Below, in pieces: positions 19,433 through 29,056 of a DNA stretch of 64,000 nt. The notes below the pieces were generated by a model. That model saw only the letters and a list, made by a program, of their open reading frames with translations, was not told the DNA's origin and made no database searches. The stretch is from Elusimicrobiota bacterium. GTDB lineage: Bacteria; Elusimicrobiota; Elusimicrobia; UBA1565; JACRDR01. The stretch spans positions 1 through 64,000 of the forward strand of contig JBGFSC010000033.1 in the NCBI GenBank assembly GCA_041694815.1. Direction: 5' to 3'. Made by a program: the position numbers and the translations under genes. Position 1 is the stretch's first letter; each line of letters begins with the position of its first letter.

Positions 19433-20562
19433 AACCGATTTTATTGGCTCTTGCCCTGGCCCTCGCCGCCGACGCGCCGGCCTCGGCCGGCGAAAGCGAG
19501 GAGCTCAAGGCGGCTCTCGAGGAGACCCGGGGCCTGCTGGACATGAACAAGCCCCGCCGGGAATTCGAGCGCCATAGCGGCGATATGCGTTCGGTGGCCT
19601 TTTCCTCCGACGGCTCCATGATCCTCTCTGCCAGCCACGGCAACGTGTTCCTCTGGGGGGTCGACGACCTGGAGTTTATCACTAAATTTGAGCCGCCGAA
19701 CGAATACGGTGGCTTCCACGGGGCCCAGCTCAGTCCGAAAGATGAAACGCGAATCCTTACCGCTAGCACGAACTGGGTCATCCTGTGGCGGTGGAACCAG
19801 GAGGAAGGCGCGCTCGAGCGGGTCAAGAAACTCGACGTTGGGGGAGACGGCGCCGAGATCGCGATCTACAGCACCGATGGCTCTCGCATCGTCACGGCTC
19901 ACGGCAAGAGCGCTATCGTATGGGACGCCGATGGTAACAAGTTGGCCCTCATCGAGGCGCCGGGCGACATCCATTCGGTTTCGATCAACCCGGAAGGCTC
20001 GAGATTGGTCACGGTGCATCGGGACGGGTCGGCCAGCGTGTGGGAAGTCGGAGTCCTGAAAAAGAAGCTTCTCCTGTTTGATGTGATTGGTGGGAAAAGG
20101 CTTCTGGACCTTCCCAAAGGCAATCGGCGGGGAGCCGCGCTTTTTAGCCCCGATGGTTCCAAGTTCCTGACCCTCGGCGGAGATTTCAGGCTGCGGGATG
20201 CGTCGAACTGGCAAGATTTGGGGATTTTCAAGCCAGAACAGGGGGTGTTTTCGACGGCGGCGTTCAGCCGGGACGGCTCGCGAATTGCGGCCGCTAACGA
20301 TAAGGAAACGGTGGTATTCAACGCCAGGACGGGTGAGATCGTCAAGGTGCTGCCGCCCGCCCTTTGCGTGGGATTTAGCCCGGAGGGTACTTATCTGGCG
20401 ACCGGAGGGATCGATCGCGTGGTTCGAGTTTGGAAGATAGCCTTCTCGTCGCAGGAGCTCAAGGCCGTGGAGCATCGTCTAAAGAATAAGGCGAACGCCG
20501 CCGATCCTGAAAAGGCGAAGGACGAGATCCAGACGGCCGAGGAGCGCTTTAGGCTTGATTAG
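19429..20562 (+). CDS. Secreted WD40-repeat protein with conserved C-terminal module
   Basis: Signal peptide; repeats SVAFSSDG / FSPDG / VRVWK; ends QTAEERFRLD. Confidence 0.88.
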   Translation: MKPILLALALALAADAPASAGESEELKAALEETRGLLDMNKPRREFERHSGDMRSVAFSSDGSMILSASHGNVFLWGVDDLEFITKFEPPNEYGGFHGAQLSPKDETRILTASTNWVILWRWNQEEGALERVKKLDVGGDGAEIAIYSTDGSRIVTAHGKSAIVWDADGNKLALIEAPGDIHSVSINPEGSRLVTVHRDGSASVWEVGVLKKKLLLFDVIGGKRLLDLPKGNRRGAALFSPDGSKFLTLGGDFRLRDASNWQDLGIFKPEQGVFSTAAFSRDGSRIAAANDKETVVFNARTGEIVKVLPPALCVGFSPEGTYLATGGIDRVVRVWKIAFSSQELKAVEHRLKNKANAADPEKAKDEIQTAEERFRLD

Positions 20563-21157
20563 GGTCCTAGCGGCAGCTTTGGTATTGTCTTATTTTTGCG
20601 TGCCAGCCGGCGCCGGCGAGCTGGAGGAGGCCAAGCAGGAGTCCGGGATCGAGTTCGGCGAGGCGGGGGCCGCCGCTTCGGTCCTAAGTCCGATCCCCGC
20701 GCGCGCCCCGGGCCCGATCGCGGGCCTGATGCATTTGGTTCAGAAGGCCAGGCGCGGAGGCCCGCCGGCGCCCATCGTCGTTTCCGAACCCATCAATCAT
20801 AAGAATTGTTTGTGCAAAAACAGCGCGGACGAAGAATTTCTAGGTTATATAGTCGCTCTCTTGCCCCTAGCCGCCGGGATTCTCGTAATGATCGTTTTTG
20901 GAGACCCATTTTTTGGCGGCGTGGCACGCGCCGCGATTCCCCAAATGATTCTGGCGCGACTTGCCGCATCCGCGCTTGTCACCGCCTGGTTTTGTCGCTT
21001 GCGGAGTCCTATAAAATTCGATTGGTTAACGGGCACCACTCTCGGGCTCATCGCTGTGACGACGGCGGTTTTTCCGCCTATTGGCGGAGCTTTCCTGAGC
21101 TACTTATTGGTTGGGGATCTAATTAGGTGGTTCCATCATTTCCTGCGCCGAGAATGA
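20555..21157 (+). CDS. Membrane protein, paralog family member 2
   Basis: EEAKQESGIEFGE, PIVVSEPINHKNC, TM segments, RWFHHFL. Confidence 0.78.
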   Translation: MIRVLAAALVLSYFCVPAGAGELEEAKQESGIEFGEAGAAASVLSPIPARAPGPIAGLMHLVQKARRGGPPAPIVVSEPINHKNCLCKNSADEEFLGYIVALLPLAAGILVMIVFGDPFFGGVARAAIPQMILARLAASALVTAWFCRLRSPIKFDWLTGTTLGLIAVTTAVFPPIGGAFLSYLLVGDLIRWFHHFLRRE

Positions 21158-21744
21158 AGACCTCTATTTTCTTGACCTTAATCGTTCTGGTGGCTTCGGG
21201 TCAGCGAGAGAGGCTTTTCGCCGGCCAAGCCGAGGCGATAAGGCATGAGTCGGGAATTTTTTTCGGGGAAGGCATGTCCGTGCCCTCCTCGGTCGCGGCG
21301 GAGGACAGGCGGATCGGCCCCTCCGCCCTGCTGTTCGCCTTCCAAAAAAAGAAAGCCGGGCCGAGAGGGCCCATCGTAGTGAAGGAACCGATCAATCACA
21401 AGGTTTGTTCTCCAAATCGGCGCGAGCAATTGGCCGGAGCGGTGGCTGGAATTATCGTCCCGACCCTTGCGGTCTTGGGAATGGAACTCGCTTGGGCCTT
21501 TAGTGGTGTTTCCTCACCCATGACTTTCCTGGCGCCGCGGGCCATCGGCATGGCGCTGGCCGGAGTTTTGGCCTTGGCCTGGGGCCGGTCTCGTAAAACC
21601 AGTCTTTCCGAGAATGCGATGTTTTCGACCATGGCGGCCGCCACGGGCTTTATATCCCCGTCCGCCGGCATATTCGTGTTAGGGATGGTCTTTACGAGCC
21701 AGGTCTTGGCCTCCTGGTTCCACCGCCGTCTTCATCTCTTATGA
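21154..21744 (+). CDS. Membrane protein, paralog family member 3
   Basis: EAIRHESGIFFGE, PIVVKEPINHKVC, TM segments, SWFHRRL. Confidence 0.78.
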   Translation: MKTSIFLTLIVLVASGQRERLFAGQAEAIRHESGIFFGEGMSVPSSVAAEDRRIGPSALLFAFQKKKAGPRGPIVVKEPINHKVCSPNRREQLAGAVAGIIVPTLAVLGMELAWAFSGVSSPMTFLAPRAIGMALAGVLALAWGRSRKTSLSENAMFSTMAAATGFISPSAGIFVLGMVFTSQVLASWFHRRLHLL

Positions 21745-22298
21745 AGAACTCAGCTTTCAGATACGTATTCCTTGGCCTCGCCTTCGCGGCGGGCGTACTG
21801 CACGCCGGGTCCCTCGAGGAGGCCAAGGATGGGTCGGGAAGCGTGTTCGGGGAGTCCGCTGGCTCTTCGGCCTCCGCCCCGCCCGCGCGGCTAGGGATTA
21901 CCGATAAGGTCCGACCGCTCGTAGCCAGACTTTACCGGCCCCGTAGGGAGCCGATCATCGTCAAGGAACCGCCCAATCATCGGCTCTGCTTTCCAGATAA
22001 TAAGGACGCTAAAATCGCGACCTGGATCGCCGTCATCCTGCCCGCGACGGCCATTACGGTGCTGGCCGCCACCTCGGCCTTGGGGCTGTCGCCCATTTCC
22101 TTCGCAGTGCCGGGCGCCATCGGCGCGGGACTGACCATCATCGGCCTAATTAGGGCTGACATGTTTAGGCCCAGCTGGAAGGCGATCGCCGTCGCCGCCG
22201 CCTTGGGTTTCTTCTTGCCGGCTATTCCGGTGCTTTTCTGGGGCGCCGGCTTATGGGATGGCGCCGTGTCCTGGATTCATCGGCTGAGGCATCGATGA
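21741..22298 (+). CDS. Membrane protein, paralog family member 4
   Basis: EEAKDGSGSVFGE, PIIVKEPPNHRLC, TM segments, SWIHRL. Confidence 0.78.
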   Translation: MKNSAFRYVFLGLAFAAGVLHAGSLEEAKDGSGSVFGESAGSSASAPPARLGITDKVRPLVARLYRPRREPIIVKEPPNHRLCFPDNKDAKIATWIAVILPATAITVLAATSALGLSPISFAVPGAIGAGLTIIGLIRADMFRPSWKAIAVAAALGFFLPAIPVLFWGAGLWDGAVSWIHRLRHR

Positions 22299-23409
22299 AT
22301 ATCCTCTTTATGGCCGCAGCCGTGCTCGCGGCCTCGTTGCCCGGCCGCGCCTTCGCCCAGGCTCGAGGCATACTCGCGGAGCGCAAGGCCTTTCTCGAGG
22401 AGATCGAAGCGCAGCGGCCCACCGAGCCGACGCTGACCCACACCCTGCAGGCTTCGGGACCCATCGCGTTTAACGGAGACGGTTCCCTGGCGCTTATCGG
22501 CTCGACCTTGTTCGACGCCAGGAGCTGGAAGGTGGCCGGATATTTGGACGGCCATAAGCAGGCGGTGACCGCCGCGGCCGTTTCCCAGGACGGCAGGATC
22601 GCGGCGACGGCGAGCTGGCACAGCCGGGACAAGACGGCGATCCTATGGGAGCTTCCCTCCGGCCGCCAGGCTCGCGCGATCAAGGGGCCTTCGGCCATAC
22701 TCTCGCTCGCCTTGAGCCCCGACGGTTCGCGGCTCGTCACGGGACATCATAATAAAAGCGCGATCATCTGGGATGTCGCCACCGGCAAGAGGGTGCTCGA
22801 ACTCATAGGGAATGAGAATACGGTCTACGCCGTGGCGTACAGCCCCAGCGGAGAAAAGATCGCCACGGCGGGGGCGGATGAAAAAATCCATATCTGGGAC
22901 GCCAAGACTGGAAAACGGACGCATTGGGCCGAGGGTAGCCTTGGCGCGATCATCTCCTTGGCGTTTACTCCAAACGGCGATAAGATCATCAGCGGTTCCG
23001 ATAAAGGGATGGTGGAAGCCACGCCCGTCAACGGCGGTCGAGGATGGAAACCTCTCTTTAAGAACGTCGGCAAACCGTATTCAATCGCCGTCAGCCCTAA
23101 TGGGAAAAAAATCGTGGCGGCCGGCACGATACCCAGGCTGTTTGATGAGGTGAGCGAACGGTTCTCCTTTTTCGAGCTGACGGCCTCCCGGTCGAAGGGG
23201 ACTTCTTTTCCGTCGCGTTTTCTCCCGGGGGTTATGAAATATTGATCTCCGGGCTCGATGGGATCACCAGGGTATGGTCCATCGCTATGTCGCCCGAAAG
23301 GATACGGGAGAAGCTCAAGGAGTTCGACGAGCGCCTCAGGCAATCCGCGGCCATCCAAGCCGCCAACGGAGAAGCCATCGACGCCGAGGAGAGGTTCAAA
23401 TTATGGTAG
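22295..23409 (+). pseudogene. Secreted WD40-repeat protein with conserved C-terminal module, frameshifted near 23178
   Basis: The -1 frame continues DGLPVEGDFFSVAFSPGGYEILISGLDGITRVWS...AIDAEERFKLW*, completing the last WD repeat. Confidence 0.8.
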
Positions 23410-23990
23410 CGCGCCTATGCCTCGCCTTCATTCTATATTTGCCCGTCATGTCGCGGGCCGGGGAGACGGAAAAGCTCAAGCAGGAGTCCGGTATTCTATT
23501 TGGAGAGAGTCGGCAAAACACCGGTGCCGTGTCGTTCTTTAGGCTGCCGGGACGCAAGGCCGGACCCGCGGCGGCGAACGCCGCGGCGCCCAAGGCCATG
23601 CCGCCCAATATCATCCCTCCGCCGCGATTTAACAGGTATGACGTTCCTACCTGGGAAATTTTAGCAAGCTTCTTGGTGACGGTCGCCCTGCCTTTGGCGG
23701 CCGCCGGGGCGGCTCAGCTGGGCATTCAGGCGAGCATACAGGCGAGCGCAGGGCTTCCTTTGATCGGCTGGCGCGTGTTGGGCGGCTTGGCATGCGGCAT
23801 TTGGGCGCTCGCCTGCGGTTGGGCCAATCCGAAGCAAAGGATGAATAAATGGGTTTTCGGCGCCTTGATGGCGGGGCTCGGGAGTTTTTTGCCGGGCGGC
23901 GCCGCTTTTTTGCTATCTGCCGTCTCCATGAACCAATTGCTCGGCCCGGTCGCCTCATGGATACACAGCGCCCTTAAGCGAGAGCCGTGA
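23403..23990 (+). CDS. Membrane protein, paralog family member 5
   Basis: Signal peptide, EKLKQESGILFGE, TM segments, SWIHSAL. Confidence 0.75.
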   Translation: MVARLCLAFILYLPVMSRAGETEKLKQESGILFGESRQNTGAVSFFRLPGRKAGPAAANAAAPKAMPPNIIPPPRFNRYDVPTWEILASFLVTVALPLAAAGAAQLGIQASIQASAGLPLIGWRVLGGLACGIWALACGWANPKQRMNKWVFGALMAGLGSFLPGGAAFLLSAVSMNQLLGPVASWIHSALKREP

Positions 23991-24039
23991 CCCGGTTCGC
24001 GTTTACATCCCGTACATAATTTAGTACCATTCTTCAGTC

Positions 24040-24474
24040 ATGCCGCAGGGGACTTTCGTCGCCGATTCCAAGCTCGCCCAGCAGAACCGCCGCTGGCATG
24101 TCATTGACGCCGATGGGCAGGTGCTGGGCCGGCTCGCCAGCCGCGCCGCGGTGCTGCTTAAGGGAAAGCACAAGCGCTTTTTCAGCCCGGCGGTGGACTG
24201 TGGGGATTTCGTGGTGGTGACCAACGCCGCCAAGATCCGTCTCACCGGCAACAAGCTCAACCAGAAATTTTACTTCTCGCATTCGGGCTATGCCTCCGGC
24301 GCCAAGACGACCCCCCTTAAGCTGCAGATGGAGCGCGATCCCCGCAAGGTCGTCTACCTGGCGGTCAAGCGCATGCTCGACTCCAACCGCCTCCGCTCGC
24401 CGCAATTGAGGCGGCTGCGCGTCTATAAGGGCGATAAGCATCCCCACCCGCTCCCCGAGGCCGCGCGTGGCTAA
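24040..24474 (+). CDS. rplM: 50S ribosomal protein L13
   Basis: WHVIDADGQVLGRLAS, DCGDFVVVTNA. Confidence 0.97.
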   Translation: MPQGTFVADSKLAQQNRRWHVIDADGQVLGRLASRAAVLLKGKHKRFFSPAVDCGDFVVVTNAAKIRLTGNKLNQKFYFSHSGYASGAKTTPLKLQMERDPRKVVYLAVKRMLDSNRLRSPQLRRLRVYKGDKHPHPLPEAARG

Positions 24475-24868
24475 GAACGGGGACTGGGTACTGGCCACGG
24501 GCCGCCGGAAGACCTCCATCGCCCAGGTCAAGCTGCTACGGCAGGGAGACGGCAAGGTGACGGTCAATTCCAAGCCCTTGGACCAGTATTTCCACGGCCG
24601 GGACCGCCAGGTGCAGGACGTGCTCTCGCCCTTGAAGGCCGAGGGCGCCGGCGGCTACAACGTGTCGGTGAAGGTCTTCGGCGGCGGCGTCAACGGGCAG
24701 GCCGGGGCCATCCGGCACGGCATCGCCCGGGCCTTGGCCAAAATCGACGAGAAGCTCAAGAAGGCGATGCGCCTTCAGGGATTTCTGACCCGCGACGACC
24801 GCATGGTCGAGCGCAAGAAGTCGGGCCAGCCGAAAGCGCGCAAGCGCTTCCAGTACTCCAAGCGTTAG
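24467..24868 (+). CDS. rpsI: 30S ribosomal protein S9
   Basis: TGRRKTSIA, GQAGAIRHGIARAL, QYSKR. Confidence 0.97.
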   Translation: MAKNGDWVLATGRRKTSIAQVKLLRQGDGKVTVNSKPLDQYFHGRDRQVQDVLSPLKAEGAGGYNVSVKVFGGGVNGQAGAIRHGIARALAKIDEKLKKAMRLQGFLTRDDRMVERKKSGQPKARKRFQYSKR

Positions 24869-24890
24869 GGCGGCCCGCCCTCCCACCCTC

Positions 24891-25199
24891 TTGACGGAAA
24901 CGATCAAGATACGAGGCCTCCTCCGGATCCCGGCCTGGATATTCGGCGTCTGGGGATTGGCCGTCTCGGCGAAGGGCGCCTGGGACCTGCTGGGCTTCGG
25001 CGAGCCCGAGGCCAACCGCTACGCCCCGCGCCCCTGGGAATTCGTGAGCCAGGCCGAATGGGCCCGCTACGCCTTCTTCGAGCTCTGCTATGGGCTGGCC
25101 TGCCTTGCCCTGGCCTGCCTTATGATGCGATTTGCGCGCTTTTTGCCCGAGACCCTGGAGCGCCCGAAGGCCGAGCCGGCCTTCGACATATTCCGTTAG
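24891..25199 (+). CDS. Small two-TM membrane protein, hypothetical
   Basis: Two hydrophobic segments; fills the gap between rpsI and the aminotransferase. Confidence 0.65.
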   Translation: MTETIKIRGLLRIPAWIFGVWGLAVSAKGAWDLLGFGEPEANRYAPRPWEFVSQAEWARYAFFELCYGLACLALACLMMRFARFLPETLERPKAEPAFDIFR

Positions 25200-25200
25200 C

Positions 25201-26451
25201 ATGCCCCCGCTGCCGGCAACTACTAAGGCACTCTCGTCGCTGCCTCCCTACTTGTTCGTCAAGCTCAACTCCGTCAAGGAGGAGGCCCAGCGGCGCGGGT
25301 TAAGCCTGATCGATCTCGGCATGGGCAACCCCGACCGGCCCACGCCGGAGCATGTCGTGGGGGCCCTGTGCCGCGCGGCCAAGGACGACCCCTCCACGCA
25401 CCGCTACCCGCAGACCCGAGGGACTGCGGCGCTGCGCAAGGCCATCGCCGACTGGTACGGCCGCCGTTTCGGCGTGGCTCTAGATCCCGAGACCGAGGTG
25501 CTGCCCTTGATCGGCTCCAAGGAGGGGCTGGCCCATCTTTTCTTCGCTTATCTGGGGCCTTCCGATTACGCGCTCATCCCCAGCCCGTGTTATCCGGTCC
25601 ACTACAACGGCACTTTGCTCACCGGCACCAAGCTGCATTTGATGCCGCTCCTCGAGCGCAACGCCTTCCTGCCGGAGCTCTCCAAGATCCCCAAGGCGGT
25701 CGCCGCGAAGGCGAAGATCCTCCTCATCAATTATCCGAACAACCCGACGGGGGCCGTCGTCGAGGATCTTTCCCTGTTCGAACGCTGCGTCGCCTTCGCC
25801 AAGAAGCACCGCTGCTTCGTGGTGCATGACAACGCCTACTCGGAGATCGCCTTCGACGGCTACCGCGCGCCGTCCTTCCTCCAGGCCAAGGAGGCCAAGC
25901 GTTTCGGCGTGGAATTCCACTCCTTCTCGAAATCCTATTCGATGGCCGGCTGGCGGGTGGCCTTCGTGGTCGGCAACTCCGAGATCATCGCCAACCTGGC
26001 CAAGTTCAAGTCCTTTTTGGACTACGGGATCGCCGGGTTCGTCCAGGCGGCCGCCGTGGAGGCCTTGCGCGGCCCTCAGGATTACGTGGCGGCGGTTACC
26101 GAGCTCTACCGCGACCGGCGGGATGTCTTGGCCCGCAGCCTTCGCGAGGCGGGCTGGCCGGCGCAAGCCCCCAAGGCCAGCATGTACTTGTGGGCCGGCC
26201 TGCCCCCCGGATTCGCGCGCATGGGCTCCTTCGCCTTCTGCCAGTCCCTGCTGCTCAAGCAAGGCGTCGTTTTGGCTCCGGGAGTCGGCTTCGGCCCCCA
26301 TGGGGAGGGTTTCGTCCGCTTCGCCCTCGTAGAGGAGCAAGGGCGCATCCAGGAGGCGGTCCGCCGCATCGCCCGCTTCCTCCAGGACGGCCCGCAGCGC
26401 GCCAAGAAGACCGGGCCCGGCGGCAAGAGCGTGTTGCTCGTCGAGCACTGA
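25201..26451 (+). CDS. PLP-dependent class I/II aminotransferase (LL-DAP/AlaC-like)
   Basis: LIGSKEGL, NYPNNPTG, HDNAY, HSFSKSYSMAGWR. Confidence 0.92.
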   Translation: MPPLPATTKALSSLPPYLFVKLNSVKEEAQRRGLSLIDLGMGNPDRPTPEHVVGALCRAAKDDPSTHRYPQTRGTAALRKAIADWYGRRFGVALDPETEVLPLIGSKEGLAHLFFAYLGPSDYALIPSPCYPVHYNGTLLTGTKLHLMPLLERNAFLPELSKIPKAVAAKAKILLINYPNNPTGAVVEDLSLFERCVAFAKKHRCFVVHDNAYSEIAFDGYRAPSFLQAKEAKRFGVEFHSFSKSYSMAGWRVAFVVGNSEIIANLAKFKSFLDYGIAGFVQAAAVEALRGPQDYVAAVTELYRDRRDVLARSLREAGWPAQAPKASMYLWAGLPPGFARMGSFAFCQSLLLKQGVVLAPGVGFGPHGEGFVRFALVEEQGRIQEAVRRIARFLQDGPQRAKKTGPGGKSVLLVEH

Positions 26452-26461
26452 CGTCCCTGCG

Positions 26462-27199
26462 ATGAACCCCATCCATATCGGTTGCTCCGGATTTCCCATC
26501 AATCGCGCCGGTTATTTCGGCACCCTGGCATCGGTGGAGATCCGCTCCTCGTTCATCCGACTGCCGCGCCTGGATACGGCGCGGCGCTGGCGGCAGGAGG
26601 CGCCGCGAGGATTCATCTTCTCCCTGCAAGCTACGAGCGGCATCACGCACCCCTCGCCCGGCGTTCCGGGGTCCGGCTTCTTCCGCCGCAGCGCCGCCGT
26701 CTCGGAATGCTGGAGCAGGACGGCCGAGGTGGCAGACGCCCTCAAGGCTAATTTCGTGCTCTTCGAGACTCCGGCGAGCTTCTACCCGAACGCGGACCAT
26801 CTGCGGGACATGTACGCCTTCTTCAAGGGCGTGGGCCGCGGCCGGTTTTTGTTCGCATGGCAGCCGCACGGCAAATGGGAGGCGGCGCTGGTGCGCAAGA
26901 TCTGCGGGGACCTGCGCCTCATCCACGCGGTCGACCCGCTGGCCGTCAAGCCGGAGGCGGGGTCCGTGCGCTACTTCCGGATGAGCGGCGCCGGTCCCGG
27001 CCGGCCGAGCTGGCGCGGGCACGGCTATAGCGACGGGGAGCTGCGGGAGCTGCGGGGGTTGTGCGAGGAGAAGGCGTCCTTCGTCTTTTTTCTCAACGCC
27101 GACATGTGGAAGGACGCGCGGCGATTTCAGGCGATGACGAACCCTATCACACCGCTTAGGCCCTCCCGCTACTGGCCCCCCCGCGGGGGGGGCCAGTAG
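26462..27199 (+). CDS. DUF72-family protein
   Basis: IGCSGF, VE..SSF, RRWRQEAP.GF.FSL, HAVDP, YFR. Confidence 0.8.
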   Translation: MNPIHIGCSGFPINRAGYFGTLASVEIRSSFIRLPRLDTARRWRQEAPRGFIFSLQATSGITHPSPGVPGSGFFRRSAAVSECWSRTAEVADALKANFVLFETPASFYPNADHLRDMYAFFKGVGRGRFLFAWQPHGKWEAALVRKICGDLRLIHAVDPLAVKPEAGSVRYFRMSGAGPGRPSWRGHGYSDGELRELRGLCEEKASFVFFLNADMWKDARRFQAMTNPITPLRPSRYWPPRGGGQ

Positions 27200-27202
27200 C
27201 CT

Positions 27203-29056
27203 ATGTGCGGTATCGCCGGAGCCCTTCGCCTCGACGGGGCCCCTCCCCGCGCCGAGGCCGTCGCGGCGATGCGTGCCGCCCTGGCCCATCGCGGGCCGGA
27301 CGACGAAGGGCAATGGTCCCAGGGGCCCGCCTGCTTCGGCTTCCGCCGCCTGTCGATCCTGGATTTAAGCGGCGGGCGCCAACCGATGTCCTCGGCCGAC
27401 GGGAGGCTCACCGTCGTCTTCAACGGCGAAATCTATAACCATCCGCAGCTCCGCTCCGAGCTGGAGGCGGCGGGCGCACGCTACCGCACGCGTTCGGACA
27501 CCGAGACCATACTCCATCTCTACGAGCGATACGGCGCCGGCGCCTTGGGTCGCCTACGCGGCATGTTCGCCGTCGCGTTATGGGACTCCTCCAGCGCGGA
27601 GCTACTGCTCGCCCGCGACCCGATCGGTATCAAGCCCCTTTATTACAGCGCCGGCCCGCGCGAGCTGCTTTTCGCCTCCGAATTGCGCGCCTTGGTGGCC
27701 GGGGGCGTCTCGACGCGGCTCGATGAGCGCGGCGTTTGGGAATACCTGCTCGACGGCTTCGTGCGCGCCCCGCGCACGGCCCTCGCGAGCGTCCGCAAGC
27801 TGCCGCCGGGGCATCTGCTGAGGGCCGGCGCCGCGGGCGTGCGCGTCGAGCGATTCTGGAGCCCTCCGCCGGCGCAGACCCGCATCGACGACGAACGGGA
27901 GGCTTTGGAGCGGCTGGAGTCCCTGCTCCTCGATTCGGTCCGCTCGCAAATGCTTAGCGACGTGCCGGTCGGAGCGTTCTTGAGCGGGGGGGTCGATTCG
28001 AGCCTGGTGGCCGCCCTCATGACGCGGGCCTCGCCCCGCCCGGTCTCCACATTCTCGATCGGCTTTTCCGGAGCGCGTCCCGGGCTCGACGAGTCCGCTT
28101 ACGCCAGGACGGTCGCCCGGCATTTGGGAACCGACCATCACGAGCTGGTCCTCGGGGCTCGGGTGCTCGACGACCTCGAGCGGCTCTCGGAGTGCTTAGA
28201 CGAGCCGGTGGCCGATTCGGCGATGCTGCCGACCCTGCTCTTGTCGCGCTTCGCCCGCGAACGCGTGAAGGTCGTTCTCACCGGAGAGGGTGCTGACGAG
28301 CTTTTCGCCGGGTATAACCGGTACAAGGCGGCTCTCCTTTCCGAGCGCATCCAAGGCCTTCCGGGCTGGCTACGGCCGCCGGCCGCCGCGCTCGCCCGGC
28401 GCCTCGGCCGGGGCCGCGTATTCGAGGGCATCCCCTATTCCTCGCTGGTCGACTGGGCCTCGGCCTTAAGGCACGGGGACGCGGCCGGGCTGCGTTCGGT
28501 TTGCGCGCCGGAATTTTTCGAAAGCGCGAGCCGCGAGCCGGCGCCGGATGGCTGGGAGCGGCCCGGCCTCGACGCCGCATTGGCCTACGACCTACGCAAC
28601 GTGCTCTGCGACGCGCTGCTCATGAAGGTCGACAAATCGAGCATGCGCGCTTCCTTGGAGGCTCGCGTCCCTTTCCTGGACCCGGGGCTGGTCTCCTTCG
28701 CGGCCCGGCTCCACCCGAGCCTCAAGATGCGCCGCTTCAAGGGCAAATACCTGCTGCGGCGCCTGGCGGAGAAGCTACTCCCGCGGTCCATCGCCTGGCG
28801 GCGCAAGCACGGCTTCATCGTGCCTTGGGAAGAATGGCTGAGCCGTCCCTCCGAGGCGACCTCCGCCTTGCTCAGCGGCCAGACGTTAAGGGACTGCGGT
28901 ATTTTCGACCTGGCGGCCGTCGGGCGCCTGCGCGGCGCCTTGATCGCGGGACGCGCCGGCGACGCGGGGCTGCTATTTAGGGTGGCGGTGTTCGCCTTGT
29001 GGCTCGACGGGATTCAAGAAAAAGCCGAAAAATTGATAGCATATCGCCGCTCATGA
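27203..29056 (+). CDS. asnB: Asparagine synthase (glutamine-hydrolysing)-family amidotransferase
   Basis: MCGIAG, HRGPD, FNGEIYN, FLSGGVDSS, TGEGADELFAGY. Confidence 0.93.
   Translation: MCGIAGALRLDGAPPRAEAVAAMRAALAHRGPDDEGQWSQGPACFGFRRLSILDLSGGRQPMSSADGRLTVVFNGEIYNHPQLRSELEAAGARYRTRSDTETILHLYERYGAGALGRLRGMFAVALWDSSSAELLLARDPIGIKPLYYSAGPRELLFASELRALVAGGVSTRLDERGVWEYLLDGFVRAPRTALASVRKLPPGHLLRAGAAGVRVERFWSPPPAQTRIDDEREALERLESLLLDSVRSQMLSDVPVGAFLSGGVDSSLVAALMTRASPRPVSTFSIGFSGARPGLDESAYARTVARHLGTDHHELVLGARVLDDLERLSECLDEPVADSAMLPTLLLSRFARERVKVVLTGEGADELFAGYNRYKAALLSERIQGLPGWLRPPAAALARRLGRGRVFEGIPYSSLVDWASALRHGDAAGLRSVCAPEFFESASREPAPDGWERPGLDAALAYDLRNVLCDALLMKVDKSSMRASLEARVPFLDPGLVSFAARLHPSLKMRRFKGKYLLRRLAEKLLPRSIAWRRKHGFIVPWEEWLSRPSEATSALLSGQTLRDCGIFDLAAVGRLRGALIAGRAGDAGLLFRVAVFALWLDGIQEKAEKLIAYRRS

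Noticed and set aside
18725..23990. Paralog array as an integron cassette array
   Set aside because: Genes overlap, leaving no room for attC sites; similarity is at protein level only
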